DNA from: Mytilus edulis
Lineage: Eukaryota
Assembly (NCBI RefSeq): GCF_963676685.1
Contig: NC_092351.1
Span: forward strand, 67,766,001 to 67,830,000
Length of the DNA stretch: 64,000 bases
Direction of reading: 5' to 3'
How positions within the stretch are numbered: position 1 is the first letter of the stretch; each line of letters begins with the position of its first letter. This document shows, piece by piece, positions 48,562-58,435 of this stretch. The translations under genes and the position numbers were made by a program. Under the pieces are notes generated by a model. That model was given only the letters and a program-made list of their open reading frames with translations, made no database searches and was not told the DNA's origin.

Positions 48562-49148
48562 AGCTGTGGCAACTTCAACAACAGAGATTAAGAATGCAAC
48601 AACAACAACAACAAAATCAACAGCATCCGGGTATGCCAATGAATCAACAATTTCAGCAACAACAACAGTTTCAACAGCAACGACCTAGAATGCCTTACAA
48701 TCCTCAATATACAGATAGCAACATTCAACAATTTCAACCGCAAATGCAGAATGCACAAATGATGCAACAGCATCAATTAAGACAACATATGGCTGGAGGA
48801 AATAATCCTCAGCTTTCATCTCAACAAAATGTGGCATCACCCAACTTCATGCAATCAGTGCGATCACCTAATTCATTACCACAGACTGTGCGATCACCAC
48901 AACCTAACCAATTATCTCGGCAGCAACTTAACCCATCACCTCGCCAACCTCAAATGTCACCACATGTCAGTCAATCACATCCAAATATGATGGGTACAGA
49001 TCCAAATCAATTACATTCTGATCCTAATTTATTATTAGGATCTTTGCAAGGCCAAGGGCCAGACCCTGGTCTTTTGCTACCCAATGACAATGAAGTGCAA
49101 CCTTTGACCCCACAAGACCAGTTGACTCGATTTGTTGATACATTGTAG
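14420..49148 (+). CDS. CREBBP: CREB-binding protein / p300 histone acetyltransferase orthologue (CBP, nejire-like), 28 coding exons, ~2183 aa
   Basis: Spliced translation gives hallmark motifs in the expected order: [17 protein letters not shown]1 ([18 protein letters not shown]), KIX ([19 protein letters not shown]...[20 protein letters not shown]), bromodomain, RING/PHD, HAT ([34 protein letters not shown]), ZZ, TAZ2, NCBD ([35 protein letters not shown]) and C-terminal [14 protein letters not shown]. Exon lengths sum to 6552 nt with matching phases. Confidence 0.98.
15301..15374 (+). repeat. Perfect 37-bp tandem duplication
   Basis: gaaagattttatatgaactgaacaaataatagcaaaa x2. Confidence 0.9.
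15691..16369. mobile_element. Non-autonomous DNA transposon in CBP intron 1, TIR CAGGGATCTCCATGG, 5-bp TSD acatt
   Basis: 15-bp perfect TIR with TSD on both sides. Confidence 0.88.
17622..18295 (+). CDS. CREBBP: CBP exon 2 (N-terminal nuclear-receptor interaction region)
   Basis: ttttcag acceptor, gtaagt donor; [31 protein letters not shown] (LxxLL). Confidence 0.93.
18706..18855 (+). CDS. CREBBP: CBP exon 3 (low complexity)
   Basis: tttttag / gtgagt; 150 nt open, phase 0-0; [17 protein letters not shown]... Confidence 0.85.
19674..19953 (+). CDS. CREBBP: CBP exon 4 (TAZ1 N-half)
   Basis: ttttcag-type acceptor / gtttgt; [25 protein letters not shown]...CNAGKSCQ. Confidence 0.96.
19969..21231 (+). 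mobile_element. HINE-like element in CBP intron 4, with a ~488-bp internal duplication
   Basis: tttttagctcacctggcccaaagggccaagtgagc, (CGT)n, 3' ccaaggtgagc plus ggctc..gagcc hairpin; starts ~16 bp after the exon 4 donor; older relatives near 2170-2480, 2820-3330 and 49915-53570. Confidence 0.85.
21535..21672 (+). CDS. CREBBP: CBP exon 5 (TAZ1 C-half)
   Basis: tttttag / gtaagt; [33 protein letters not shown]. Confidence 0.96.
21826..22053 (+). CDS. CREBBP: CBP exon 6
   Basis: tgttgtag / gtaaat; conserved [12 protein letters not shown]. Confidence 0.93.
22549..22812. mobile_element. Fold-back MITE in CBP intron 6 (long TIRs tacagcaaaatgcattgag...)
   Basis: ~50-bp imperfect TIR; interior largely self-complementary. 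Confidence 0.82.
23253..23445 (+). CDS. CREBBP: CBP exon 7 (KIX start)
   Basis: gttttag / gtaagt; [21 protein letters not shown]. Confidence 0.94.
24597..24714 (+). CDS. CREBBP: CBP exon 8 (KIX)
   Basis: tgacag / gtatgt; [39 protein letters not shown]. Confidence 0.97.
25601..25709 (+). CDS. CREBBP: CBP exon 9 (KIX end)
   Basis: tttacag / gttagt; [25 protein letters not shown]. Confidence 0.96.
26107..26380. mobile_element. Second copy of the same fold-back MITE in CBP intron 9
   Basis: cagcagattgcattgagtgtgtag ... ctacacactcaatgcaatctgctg. Confidence 0.82.
26446..26534 (+). CDS. CREBBP: CBP exon 10 (disordered linker)
   Basis: tttatag / gtaata; 89 nt restores phase 1 to 0; [30 protein letters not shown]. 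Confidence 0.82.
27703..28100. mobile_element. TTAA-flanked MITE, TIR GGATGTACTT.GGTGAGGTT (Kolobok- or Crypton-like)
   Basis: 20-bp TIR with one mismatch, TTAA on both sides; distant relative in opposite orientation at ~40370-40805. Confidence 0.8.
28347..28445 (+). CDS. CREBBP: CBP exon 11 (Q/P-rich linker)
   Basis: tttcagcag (NAGNAG) / gtatga; 99 nt open; [33 protein letters not shown]. Confidence 0.8.
28821..28995 (+). repeat. Dispersed ~175-bp duplicate of the exon 12 3' end, donor and downstream intron (29713-29888)
   Basis: ttgtcatcgtctcag|gtaagacaattttct...tatttcaacactttg at both positions, few mismatches. Confidence 0.93.
29575..29727 (+). CDS. CREBBP: CBP exon 12 (P/S/Q-rich linker)
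   Basis: ttttcag / gtaaga; 153 nt open; [20 protein letters not shown]... Confidence 0.85.
29928..30599. mobile_element. piggyBac-type MITE, TIR CCCTTTC(A/G)CCGAT, TTAA TSD
   Basis: ttaa|ccctttcaccgat ... atcggcgaaaggg|ttaa. Confidence 0.9.
30830..31177 (+). CDS. CREBBP: CBP exon 13 (T-rich, with a cluster of psi-K-x-E SUMO-type motifs)
   Basis: tttacag / gtattt; ...[23 protein letters not shown]. Confidence 0.88.
31817..32030 (+). CDS. CREBBP: CBP exon 14
   Basis: ttttcag / gtaggt; open 214 nt ending KPRCKK, joining to IFKP. Confidence 0.88.
32360..32478 (+). CDS. CREBBP: CBP exon 15 (bromodomain)
   Basis: [40 protein letters not shown]; ttttcag / gtaagt. Confidence 0.97.
32820..32990 (+). 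CDS. CREBBP: CBP exon 16 (bromodomain)
   Basis: [12 protein letters not shown]...[18 protein letters not shown]; aaacag / gtaaag. Confidence 0.97.
33683..33840 (+). CDS. CREBBP: CBP exon 17 (bromodomain end / RING start), followed by a GC donor
   Basis: [53 protein letters not shown]; donor AG|gcaagt. Confidence 0.95.
35880..35960 (+). CDS. CREBBP: CBP exon 18 (RING); alternative in-frame acceptor at 35850
   Basis: [27 protein letters not shown]; ctgacag / gtaagt. Confidence 0.94.
36765..36821 (+). CDS. CREBBP: CBP exon 19 (57 nt)
   Basis: [19 protein letters not shown]; tttcag / gtaagt. Confidence 0.95.
37383..37570. mobile_element. PIF/Harbinger (Tourist-like) MITE, ~40-bp TIR, TAA TSD
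   Basis: taa|gggctgttccagaaaatactatgtcccc ... ggggacatagtattttctggaacagccc|taa. Confidence 0.9.
37979..38056 (+). CDS. CREBBP: CBP exon 20 (PHD)
   Basis: [26 protein letters not shown]; ttacag / gtacga. Confidence 0.96.
38752..38819 (+). CDS. CREBBP: CBP exon 21 (PHD end)
   Basis: [22 protein letters not shown]; ttgcag / gtaagt. Confidence 0.95.
39385..39558. mobile_element. Related Harbinger-type MITE, TSD tca
   Basis: gggctgttcca...cccagggaaggca / tgccttccctggg...tggaccagccc. Confidence 0.75.
39722..39869 (+). CDS. CREBBP: CBP exon 22 (HAT start); alternative in-frame acceptor at 39707
   Basis: [50 protein letters not shown]; donor gtaaat. Confidence 0.93.
40938..41084 (+). CDS. CREBBP: CBP exon 23 (HAT)
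   Basis: [39 protein letters not shown]; ttgtag / gttagt. Confidence 0.97.
41550..41653 (+). repeat. 52-bp tandem duplication spanning the exon 24 splice acceptor
   Basis: tgttgtgcattatttactaaagactttt(c/t)attcttgtaggagatgttacata x2, one mismatch. Confidence 0.95.
41641..41920 (+). CDS. CREBBP: CBP exon 24 (HAT catalytic core)
   Basis: [16 protein letters not shown]...[39 protein letters not shown]...IDYK; catalytic D, W and Y positions intact. Confidence 0.97.
42996..43229. mobile_element. Harbinger-type MITE, ~45-bp TIR GGGACGACATCAAAAG, TAA TSD
   Basis: Long TIR; taa on both flanks. Confidence 0.9.
43724..43933 (+). CDS. CREBBP: CBP exon 25 (HAT / start of autoinhibitory loop)
   Basis: DILKDAIEN...[25 protein letters not shown]; tttcag / gtaagt. 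Confidence 0.95.
44035..44990 (+). mobile_element. HINE-like element in CBP intron 25 with ~4.6 x 169-bp tandem array
   Basis: tttttataccccatg...(CCGT)n; units start at 44107, 44276, 44445, 44614, 44783; 3' gtggggtat plus gtgagcatgctcac hairpin. Confidence 0.88.
45617..45772 (+). CDS. CREBBP: CBP exon 26 (Lys-rich autoinhibitory loop)
   Basis: [20 protein letters not shown]...[16 protein letters not shown]; tcgtag / gtagga. Confidence 0.95.
46317..46598 (+). CDS. CREBBP: CBP exon 27 (HAT end, ZZ start)
   Basis: VFFVIRLH...[31 protein letters not shown]...[22 protein letters not shown]. Confidence 0.97.
47436..49148 (+). CDS. CREBBP: CBP exon 28 (ZZ end, TAZ2, NCBD, polyQ, stop TAG)
   Basis: tttacag acceptor; [25 protein letters not shown]2 [24 protein letters not shown]. 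Confidence 0.97.
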
Positions 49149-49450
49149 CATTAGATGTCAAATTAGTTCATTATTTTATACATTGGCAACATGTCAGGAT
49201 GCAAAAATTATTATTTATCAAGAAAACATTTGTTTTCAATTCAGAGATTTATGAATATATTCGTTTGTTAACAAACAAGAAAATAACATGGTGTTAAAAT
49301 ATTTGAATGTTTTAATATATTTAATTTTATAAGTATTCAAATGTTATATGTGTGCATGAATTGACTGAAAGTGTAGTGTTGTATGCAAGTTGTTAATTTG
49401 GTATGTGTATATGTGTGGTGACTTTAAATGCAGCACTCCAGCTGGCAAAC

Positions 49451-49466
49451 ATTAAAATAGAATAAA
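49451..49466 (+). terminator. Candidate proximal polyadenylation signals of CBP (ATTAAA 49451, AATAAA 49461)
   Basis: Hexamers ~300 nt after the stop, followed by a T/GT-rich tract near 49500-49540; such hexamers are common by chance in AT-rich DNA. Confidence 0.3.
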
Positions 49467-50022
49467 TTTTTACGCCATTAGATGTAAGGGGTAAGAGATT
49501 TGTTTGTCACTTTTTTTTAGGTTCTTTTTTTTAATTTTAAGACCAAGTCATTAATTCATCAGATCATGCATTCAGTTCATTGCATCAAAAATGTACAGTT
49601 GTAAAAAGGAAATTAAATTTATATAAATTTCTCTCCACAAAGAGGAAGTTGTTTGTAAATAATTATCCACAGTCAGACAGTGTATACATTTTCATTGTTG
49701 ATAATTTTAAGAGTAGATTGAAGTTTGTACATTTTTTGTATTTTTGTCATCATCAAAATGAGATGTTCACTGGGAAAGCTTTCAGTGCTGTGCTGGAGAA
49801 CACAAAATTGTGTATAAATACAGTCATAAAATTGATTAATAGTGTTGTTTTATTATTTGTGGTGAATCATGCTACACATTGTAATGGAGACAATTTGCTC
49901 TTCTGTCATTTTTAGATTATCTGGCCCACACACTTGACATCCGTTGTAAGTTAACTTTGATAAAAATCTATTTCTCTGAAACTACCAGGTCATAATTTGA
50001 TTTAACTTGGCCACAAGCATCA

Positions 50023-52109
50023 TTTTTATACGACCGCAAATTTTGAAAAAATTTTCGTCGTATATTGCTATCACGTTGGCGTCTGCGTCGTCGTCGTCCG
50101 GCGTCCGAATACTTTTAGTTTTCGCACTCTAACTTTAGTAAAAGTGAATAGAAATCTATGAAATTTTAACACAAGGTTTATGACCATAAAAGGAAGGTTG
50201 GTATTGATTTTGGGAGTTTTGGTCCCAACATTTTAGGAATAAGGGGCCAAAAAGGGCCCAAATAAGCATTTTCTTGGTTTTCGCACCATAACTTTAGTTT
50301 AAGTTAATAGAAATCTATGAAATTTTGACACAAGGTTTATGACCACAAAAGAAAGATTGGGATTGATTTTGGGAGTTTTGGTTTCAATAGTTTAGGAATA
50401 AGGGGCCAATAAAGGGCCCAAATAAGCATTTTTCTTGGTTTTTGCACAATAACCTTAGGTTAAGTAAATGGAAATCTATGAAATTTAAACATAATGTTTA
50501 TGACCACAAAAGGAAGGTTGGTATTTATTTTGGGAGTTTAGGACCCAACAGATTAGGAATTAGGGGCCAAAAAGGGACCCAAATAAGCATTTTTCTTGGT
50601 TTTCGCACTATAATGTTAGTATAAGTAAATACAAATCTATGAAATTTAAACACAAGGCTTATGACCATAAAAGGAAGGTTGGTATTGATTTTGGGAGTTT
50701 TGGTCCCAACAGTTTAGGAAAAAGGGGCCCAAAGGGTCCAAAATTAAACTTTGTTTGATTTCATAATTGGGGTTCTTTGATATGCCGAATCTAACTGTAT
50801 ATGTAGATTCTCAACTTTTGGTCCCGTTTTCAAATTGGTCTACATTAAGGTCCAACGGGTCCAAAATTAAACTTAGTTTGATTTTGACAAAAAATGAATC
50901 GGTTGGGTTCTTTGATATGTTGAATCTAAAAATGTACTTAGATTCTTGATTATTGAAGTTTTTTTGGTCCAGTTTTCAAATTGGTCTACATTAAGGTCCA
51001 AAGGGTCCAAAATTAAACTTTGTTTGATTTCATCAAAAATTGAATCCTTGGGGTTCTTTGATATGCCAAATCTAACTGTGTATGTAGATTCTTCATTTTT
51101 GGTCCTGTTTTCAAATTTCAAATTCTACATTAAAGTCCAAAGGGTCCAAAATTAAACTAAGTTTGATTTTAACAAAAATTGAATTCTTGGGCCTCTTTGA
51201 TATGCTGAATCTAAACATGTACTTAGATTTTTGATTATGGGCCCAGTTTTCAAGTTGGTCCAAATCAGGATCTAAAATTATTATATTAAGTATTGTGCAA
51301 TAGCAAGTCTTTTCAATTGCACAGTATTGTGCAATGGCAAGAAATATCTAATTGCACAATATTGTGAAATAGCAAAAAAAAATTTAATTAGAGTTATCTT
51401 TCTTTGTCCAGAATAGGAAGCAAGAAATATCCTATTTGTGCAATAGCAAGAATTTTTTTTAATTGGAGTTATCTTTCTTTGTCCAGAATCAACTTAAATC
51501 TTTGTTATATACAATATACAATGTATATACACTTTTTACTACCAACTGATAAATTTAAATAATCTTTACCATTCAGTGATAACAAGCAGTTTTTTTACAT
51601 CTTAATATTTTATGATGTATTTAAATGAGTAGTTATTGTTGCAAACTCCATTAGAAATTTGAATTGATATCAGTTTTGAAAAAGGGAAACAGGGATGTGA
51701 AAAAAAAGGGGGGGGGGGGTTAAATTTTTCTCATTTCAGATTTCATAAATAAAAAGAAAATTTCTTCAAACATTTTTTTGAGAGGATTAATATTCAACAG
51801 CATAGTGATTTGCTCAAAGGCAAAAAAAACCTTTTAAGTTCATTAGACCACATTCATTCTGTGTCAGAAACCTATGCTGTGTCAACTATTTAATTTTAGA
51901 TTTAAAAAGTTTGAAGAAGAAATCTTTAATTGATTTGTAAAATCTTGGCATTTGTTTTGTGTAAAAAAAAACCATGTAATGTCAAAAATTTGATCACAAT
52001 CCAAATTCAGAGCTGTATCATGCTTGAATGTTTTGTCCATACTTGCCCCAACTGTTCAGGGTTCGACCTCTGCGGTCGTATAAAGCTGCGCCCTGCGGAG
52101 CACCTGGTT
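50023..52109 (+). mobile_element. Full-length HINE-like element with two different internal arrays (~160 bp x4; ~120-150 bp x3-4)
   Basis: Subterminal IR tttatacgaccgca / tgcggtcgtataaa, (GTC)n, 3' hairpin; deleted relatives near 26572, 27043-27365, 39268, 3690-3780 and 58520-59025. Confidence 0.9.
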
Positions 52110-52478
52110 GTATCTAGTTCTGATGACCAACATTGCCAACATGGCTAAAAACAGAACATAATGGTAAAATGCAGTTTTGGTCTATTACCTTAAAAAATTA
52201 CCATTGACAGAGAAAATCTAACAGGGGCTGAAATGTTCAGAATGATTGAGATCTTCATTTTGTTCATTTACATCAAAACTGTTAAAATATTTCTCAGATG
52301 AGTTATTCCCTTTAACCCTTTCCTCAATGGAATTTTATTTTTTACATACTTGATTCGCATAGGATTTTTTCAATGAAAAATAATCATCGGGTTTAAAGTA
52401 TTAATGCATTTCGAAATTATTTTTTTCATCAATGAAATTCCAGTCAGATGTTCTCATGAATATCCTTTTTGTATTAGA

Positions 52479-53120
52479 TAAAATTGAGAAAGGAAATGGT
52501 GAATATGTCAAAGCGACAACCACCCGACCATAGAGCAAACAACAGCCGAAGGCAACCAATGGGTCTTCAATGTAGCGAGAATTCCCGCACCCGTAGGTGT
52601 CCTTCAGCTGGCCCCTAAAATGTGCATAATAGTACAGTGATAATGGACGTCATACTAAACTCCGAATTATACACAAGAAACTAAAATTTAAAATCATACA
52701 AGACTAACAAAGGCCAGAGGCTCCTGACTTGGGACAGGCGCAAAATTGTGGCAGGGTTAAACATGTTTATGAGATCTCAACCCTCCCCCTATACCTCTAG
52801 CCAATGTAGAAAAGTAAAACAATAACAATACGCACATTAAAATTCAGTTCAAGAGAAGTCCGAGTCTGATGTCAAAAGATGTAACAAAAGAAAATAAATA
52901 AAATGACAATAATACATAAATAACAACAGACTACTAGCAGTTAACTGACATGCCAGCTCCAGACCTCAATTAAACTGATTGAAAGATTATGTCTTCATCA
53001 TATGAATATCAGGTACAATCCCTCCCGTTAGGGGTTTAGTATCGTACTATCATAAAATATATGAGAAGAACATAACCGTGTCATGCCAACAACTGTTTTT
53101 TTAGAAATAAATGTGTTTAG
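52479..53120 (-). mobile_element. Third copy (3' UTR only) of the Penelope-like element
   Basis: Colinear with 6760-7430; ttagata occurs at both junctions. Confidence 0.88.
52998..53064 (-). promoter_or_regulatory. SECIS-like element, third copy
   Basis: Minus strand reads ATGAT agtacgatact AAA cccctaacggga gggattgtacc TGAT. Confidence 0.72.
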
Positions 53121-54228
53121 ATACATTTTTTTTTAAGTCTGATGAAGTTTTATCCTAGGTAATACATTTCAACTGAGGCACTACACAGGCGTCGAAAGGC
53201 GTCATTATGGAGTAAAAGGGTGGCGTCAAAAGGTGTCATTATGGAGGAAAGGGTATGAATAATGTTGCTTTTCCCTTTTTTGCCTATAATCTTGAAAACT
53301 ATAGATAGATATGACACTTTGATAGCAAAAATGTCTAGCAAGACAATTTTTACAAGTATGTGTGATTGCCTTTAAATTTTGTTTATCTTATTTTTTGTGT
53401 TTTGAGCAAAAGGCAAGGAAGATAAACTAAACAAAAAAATGATCAGGAATACAAGATCAACAGGACAGATTTTTGTTATGAATTCTATTCTAGTCTACAA
53501 TATTATTGTCCATTGTAAAAATTGTTGACCATAGACCTAGGTGACCCACACTCTTTAGGGCCTCTAGTTTGTATTATATTGATTTCATAACTTTAATAGA
53601 TGAAGAGAAAATTATCACCAGACTGAGATCTTCTTATAGGTCAACAAAGCCAAAATTTTCAGTCTGCTTCTAGTTGTTTCCCTTGAATAAGATTTCTACC
53701 TAAATTTATTACTGCTATTTCAACATGGCAGATCAAAATATGAACAATTATTGTGATAATGAGGAAAAGCTGCATACTAACATGCGTTTGATTTCATAAT
53801 GCGAATTCTTACTACAATACTTTCCCTGAACATTGCATTATTCACAATTCAAAAAAACAATTTCTGAATTTACAGTAGAAAAATTGAAGTAAATGAAACC
53901 AAATAAAGAATCAACAAAGTAGAGATTTGATTTAGATTTGAATTTTAATTCAGTCTCTAATTTTGGAAGGAGTCAATTGTTGAAGATGCACATAGATTCA
54001 GGTTAGGAATGGAGCATTAAGCCTACCATTTGATTTGATATTCTTGGGCTCGTGATTGCTACTAGGATTGTATTCCCTGCAGGGAAGCTACAGAACAAAT
54101 CAGAGCTGTCTGCATTGCATGAATAAATCCCCACCACCTGTAAATGCATTTTAGTTTCTTCTGTGAAATTAAGTATTAAGGCAATATGTTTTTTAGATTT
54201 CCAGCTATTCACTTTATATGATCATTGC

Positions 54229-54830
54229 CTCTGTATTGCGCGTTGGTTAATCTAAGTTTAACTGTTGGGTCACTGTCAGAGTTATCCGATTTTGGTAAAT
54301 GACAACCTAAGCCAATGATGCACCTGTATACCACGTTGGGTTAACTTAAGTTTTACTGTTGGGTCATGGTCAGAGTTATCCGATTTTGGTAAATGACAAC
54401 CGAAGCCAATGATGCACCTGTATACCAAGTTGGGTTAACTTAAGTTTTACTGTCATGTCAGAGTTATCCGATTTTGGTAAATGACAACCTAAGTATAACT
54501 GTAAGGTCAGAGTTATCCGATTTTGGTAAATGACAACCTAAGCCAATGATCCACCTGTATACCAAGTTAGGTTAACTGAAGTTTTACTGTAAGGTCAGAG
54601 TTATCCGATTTTGGTAAATGACAACCCAACGCAAATGATGCACCTGTATACCACGCTTGGTTAATCTAAGTTTTACTGTTGGGTCACGGTCAGAGTTATC
54701 CGATTTGGGTAAATGACAACCTAAGTCAATGATGCACCTGTATACCACGTTTGGTTAATCTAAGTTTTACTGTAAGGTCAGTTATCAAGTTTAGGTAAAT
54801 GACAACCCAAAGCCAATGATGCACCTATAT
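54229..54830 (+). repeat. Satellite-like tandem array, ~94-bp unit with deleted variants (about 7 units)
   Basis: Repeated gtcagagttatccgattttggtaaatgacaacc..gatgcacctgtatacc. Confidence 0.92.
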
Positions 54831-55120
54831 GGGTCATTAAAAAAAAAACCATGCAAAACTATGTTATTGGGTCTTTTTAAGTCACAGACATGAAAATATA
54901 TCAAAATAACACTTGCATATGTAAGATGATCTTAGAATGTGTTGTGATACACAATATACTGTTTACAGATAAGATAAGATAAATTTTATTTTCCAAATTA
55001 GGTCCCCAGGGGGGCATATACACATAACATATATGATTGATACAACATACAGTATTTTACATATAACATTGTAAAATAAACTATTGAAATAGTCATACAG
55101 GTATTATTTGTTAAATAACT

Positions 55121-55640
55121 GTTGTCATTTACCCAAATCGAATAACTCTGACCGTGACACAACAGTAAAACTTAGATTAACCATAGATGTAATACATCTA
55201 TGGATTAACCAAGCGTGGTATACAGGTGCATCATTTGCGTTGGGTTGTCATTTACCAAAATCGGATAACTCTGACCTTACAGTAAAACTTCAGTTAACCT
55301 AACTTGGTATACAGGTGGATCATTGGCTTAGGTTGTCATTTACCCAAATCGGATAACTCTGACCGTGACCCAACAGTAAAACTTAGATTAACCAAACGTG
55401 GTATACAGGTGCATCATTTACCAAAATCGGATAACTCTGACCGTGACCCAACAGTAAAACTTAGATTAACAAACTTGGTATACAGGTGCATCATTTACCA
55501 AAATCGGATAACTCTGACCGTGACCCAACAGTAAAACTTAGATTAACCAAACGTGGTATACAGGTGCATCATTTACCAAAATCGGATAACTCTGACATGA
55601 CAGTAAAACTTAAGTTAACCCAACTTGGTATACAGGTGCA
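55121..55640 (-). repeat. Inverted array of the same satellite (about 6 units)
   Basis: Repeated catttaccaaaatcggataactctgac = reverse complement of array 1. Confidence 0.92.
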
Positions 55641-56388
55641 TAAAATGTTATAAAAACATCCTTAATGTTTTCTTAAACCCTGGAAGATAGCCAGAATTAA
55701 CTGTTATTTATTACTATAAATCCTTTCAGACTTGAAATAGGACTATCATTCATATCATTTGTTATTATGATTTATCACTTTTTATTGAATTTTGATACAT
55801 ACAAACATTTTTTAATGATTTTGGGAGGTGTATGTTGGTTTTATAATAAAAAAAATTCACCAAAAGGAAATGTAACATTTTTTAAGTCAATGGTGTTACC
55901 AAAGGACAAATTAGTAGATAAGAGTTATCTTTCGCAAAAGTTGGGCATGTACAACAGTTTCTCCCTTAGCAATGTTACCTGTAAGCATGTTATGCAAAAG
56001 AAAACAAACAATTATGTTGAAGATTTAGTGAAAAAATCGTAAAAGTAAGTAAAGGTTATATCGTAATTGGAAATAGCGTCCATGGTGTACCCTTTATAAA
56101 ATCATTTTTTGGAAACATTTCCTTAACTTTGAATAATGAAACATTAATTATAGAAACATGCACCAGTAAAAACATATAGAATAGGGGAATGGAGCACTTA
56201 TTTGGTAACTGAAGCTTAAAATACACCTTCAATCATTGGTGTTACTGTCAATGGCGAGACCATTTTGATAAAATAACACCATTAACCAGTTTAGTAACAC
56301 CACTGAATATATCATGACAATCAGCATTGTTTTGTGATTCTTTCATGTTTAACAAGCTAAACATCATTTTATTTATGAAAAACAATAC

Positions 56389-56848
56389 TTATTACGCCCC
56401 ACCTACGATAGTAGAGGGGCATTATGTTTTCTGGTCTGTGCCTTCGTTCGTCCGTCCGTCTGTGCTTCCGTTCGCTTCAGGTTAAAGTTTTTGGTCAAGG
56501 TAGTTTTTGAAGAAGTTGAAGTCCAATCAACTTGAAACTTAGTACACATGTTCCCCATGATATGATCTTTCTAATTTTAATGCCAAATTATAGTTTTGAC
56601 CCCAATTTCGTGGTCCACTGAACATAGAAAATGATAGTGCGAAGTTCAGGTTAAAGTTTTTGGTCAAGGTAGTTTTTGATGAAGTTAAAGTTACATCAAC
56701 TTGAAACTTAGTACACATGTTCCCTATGATATGATTTTTCTAATTTTAATTCCAAATTAAAGGTTTAACCCCAATTTTCACGGTCCACTGAACATAGAAA
56801 ATGATAGTGCGAGTGGGGCATCCGTGTACTATGGACACATTCTTGTTT
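56389..56848 (+). mobile_element. HINE-like element with 2 x ~160-bp units
   Basis: gccccacctacgatagtagaggggc hairpin, (CCGT)n, 3' gtggggcat plus hairpin; single-unit relative at ~37045-37290. Confidence 0.82.
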
Positions 56849-57961
56849 AACAATGTTTTAACAATATCATGTATTACATATACACAGTTTTCACAAACTG
56901 ATGTATTCTGGTAACACCAATGACACTATTTAGTAACACTATTGACATTTTTAGTAATGGGTGTTATGTTATATAATTTGAGATTTTTTAGCCTAAGAAT
57001 TATTTTTTCATCTTTTTCTTTTGGTCGGTGATCTTGGCTTTGTGTTTAGTACTTGATAACGGTAAAATTTGAAATGTAATGTCATTGGTGATACTTTTGT
57101 GTCATTGGAGTTACTGAAGGGACAGTGGTGTTACTATATAAAAATGCGACATTTTTTTTTTTTTATCTTTATTCATAAATGAAAGTGTATTTTTAGGTCG
57201 TGTACGAAGGATTAGGTATATTATAATCATTTAATCTAATACAATTCACATATACTCAGTTTAAGTGTATTTTTTGCCAATTTATTTACGACAATGTATT
57301 CTGAAATTTATGTTGAAATAGAATGCACATGAATAATGTCAATAAGTCGTAATTTAAACCTAAACAACAAATTGGAACAGTTGTTTGATGTTAAACAATA
57401 ATATTTAGTACCTAAATGTATGGTTTAAATTAGTAACACCATTGACACGATTCAAAGGGTGACCTAAAATTGTTAAAAATGAAGAAACTCTTCATTTTTC
57501 CCATTGCATATTTCTGAATATCGTTGCTACCATACTATAGAATAGCGGTACACATTTAAAAGTTTTAAACAATGACATCATTTTTCAAAATATTACCTCG
57601 TCGAAATTTGCACTTTTTTTTTATAATGACCCATATATCAAATTTAGTTAAACTTAGTTTTACTGTAATAATTTTTTGGTTATCTCTATAGTTATATGGG
57701 AGAGAATCTTACAACAGTAAAAATGTTCAGCCAAATCTACATACAAGTCAAATTAACAAAGCATCAATTGACCCTTTAAGGGGTTTTGCCCTTGGCCGAT
57801 TGATTTTTAAATTTTTTTTTACAGGAAGTATAAGAGAGAGAAAATGTGAATAGCAAAGATGGTAAGGAAAAATAAGATCTTCAAATCAGTCAACTTGTTC
57901 AAATCGTCAAGTGACTGCTTATAGAGTTTTGCACTTGAAAGATGTTCATCCTTTTTTACCC

Positions 57962-58435
57962 TTTTTTATGCCCCCTTCGTGGCGGAGGTGGCATTAAGTT
58001 TTACCCTTGTCAGTCTGTCCGTACGTCTCAAAGTTTGTTTCCGTTCTTTAACGTTAGTTTGCATCAACCAAATGTTATGAAACTTATACACAATGCATGT
58101 GTATTACCACATAGTACAAAAAAAGTTCGAAATTGGGTTGCGTCACTTTTACCGTCGTTCTTGAGTTATGCCCCTTTTATAAACATAAAAGGTGCTAAAT
58201 TTTTGATTTCCATTCTCTAACTTTACTTAACCTCATTCAACCGACTGTTATGAAACTTATCCGCAATGCTTATTACCATATAATACAGAACAGGCTCGAA
58301 ATTGGGTGGCGTCAATTTTACCGTTCTTATTTTATGCCCCTTTATAAGCATAAAAGTTGCTGAATTTTGTTTCCGTTCTCTAACTTTATTTTTCCTCAAC
58401 CAATTGTTATGAAACTTATATACAATGCCTATTGT
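57962..58435 (+). repeat. Decayed HINE-like element with ~3 tandem units
   Basis: ttttttatgccccc..ggcattaagttttacccttgtc start; repeated tgttatgaaacttat..caatgc. Confidence 0.65.

Larger units (their letters stand above)
52316..53253. mobile_element. piggyBac-type MITE (TIR CCCTTTCCTC.AT) carrying a nested Penelope-like fragment
   Basis: ttaa|ccctttcctcaat ... atggaggaaaggg|tatg (right TSD decayed). Confidence 0.75.
54831..57632. mobile_element. 2.8-kb non-autonomous DNA transposon, TIR GGGTCATTA.AAAAAAAA, 4-bp TSD atat (Sola2-like)
   Basis: atat|gggtcatta ... taatgaccc|atat; the interrupted satellite unit resumes at ~57637 (agttaaacttagttttactgtaa). Confidence 0.75.

Noticed and set aside
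48445-48776. Minus-strand poly-V/L/A ORFs
   Set aside because: Shadow frames of the polyQ (CAA/CAG) tract of CBP.
47487-49148. Stand-alone 553-aa gene
   Set aside because: It is the last exon of CBP; the frame extends upstream to the acceptor at 47436.
52998-53064. SECIS downstream of CBP making CBP a selenoprotein
   Set aside because: The copy is antisense to CBP, the assembled CDS has no in-frame TGA, and it ends in TAG.
54229-55640. CRISPR-like array
   Set aside because: Units are tandem copies without unique spacers; eukaryotic context; no cas genes.
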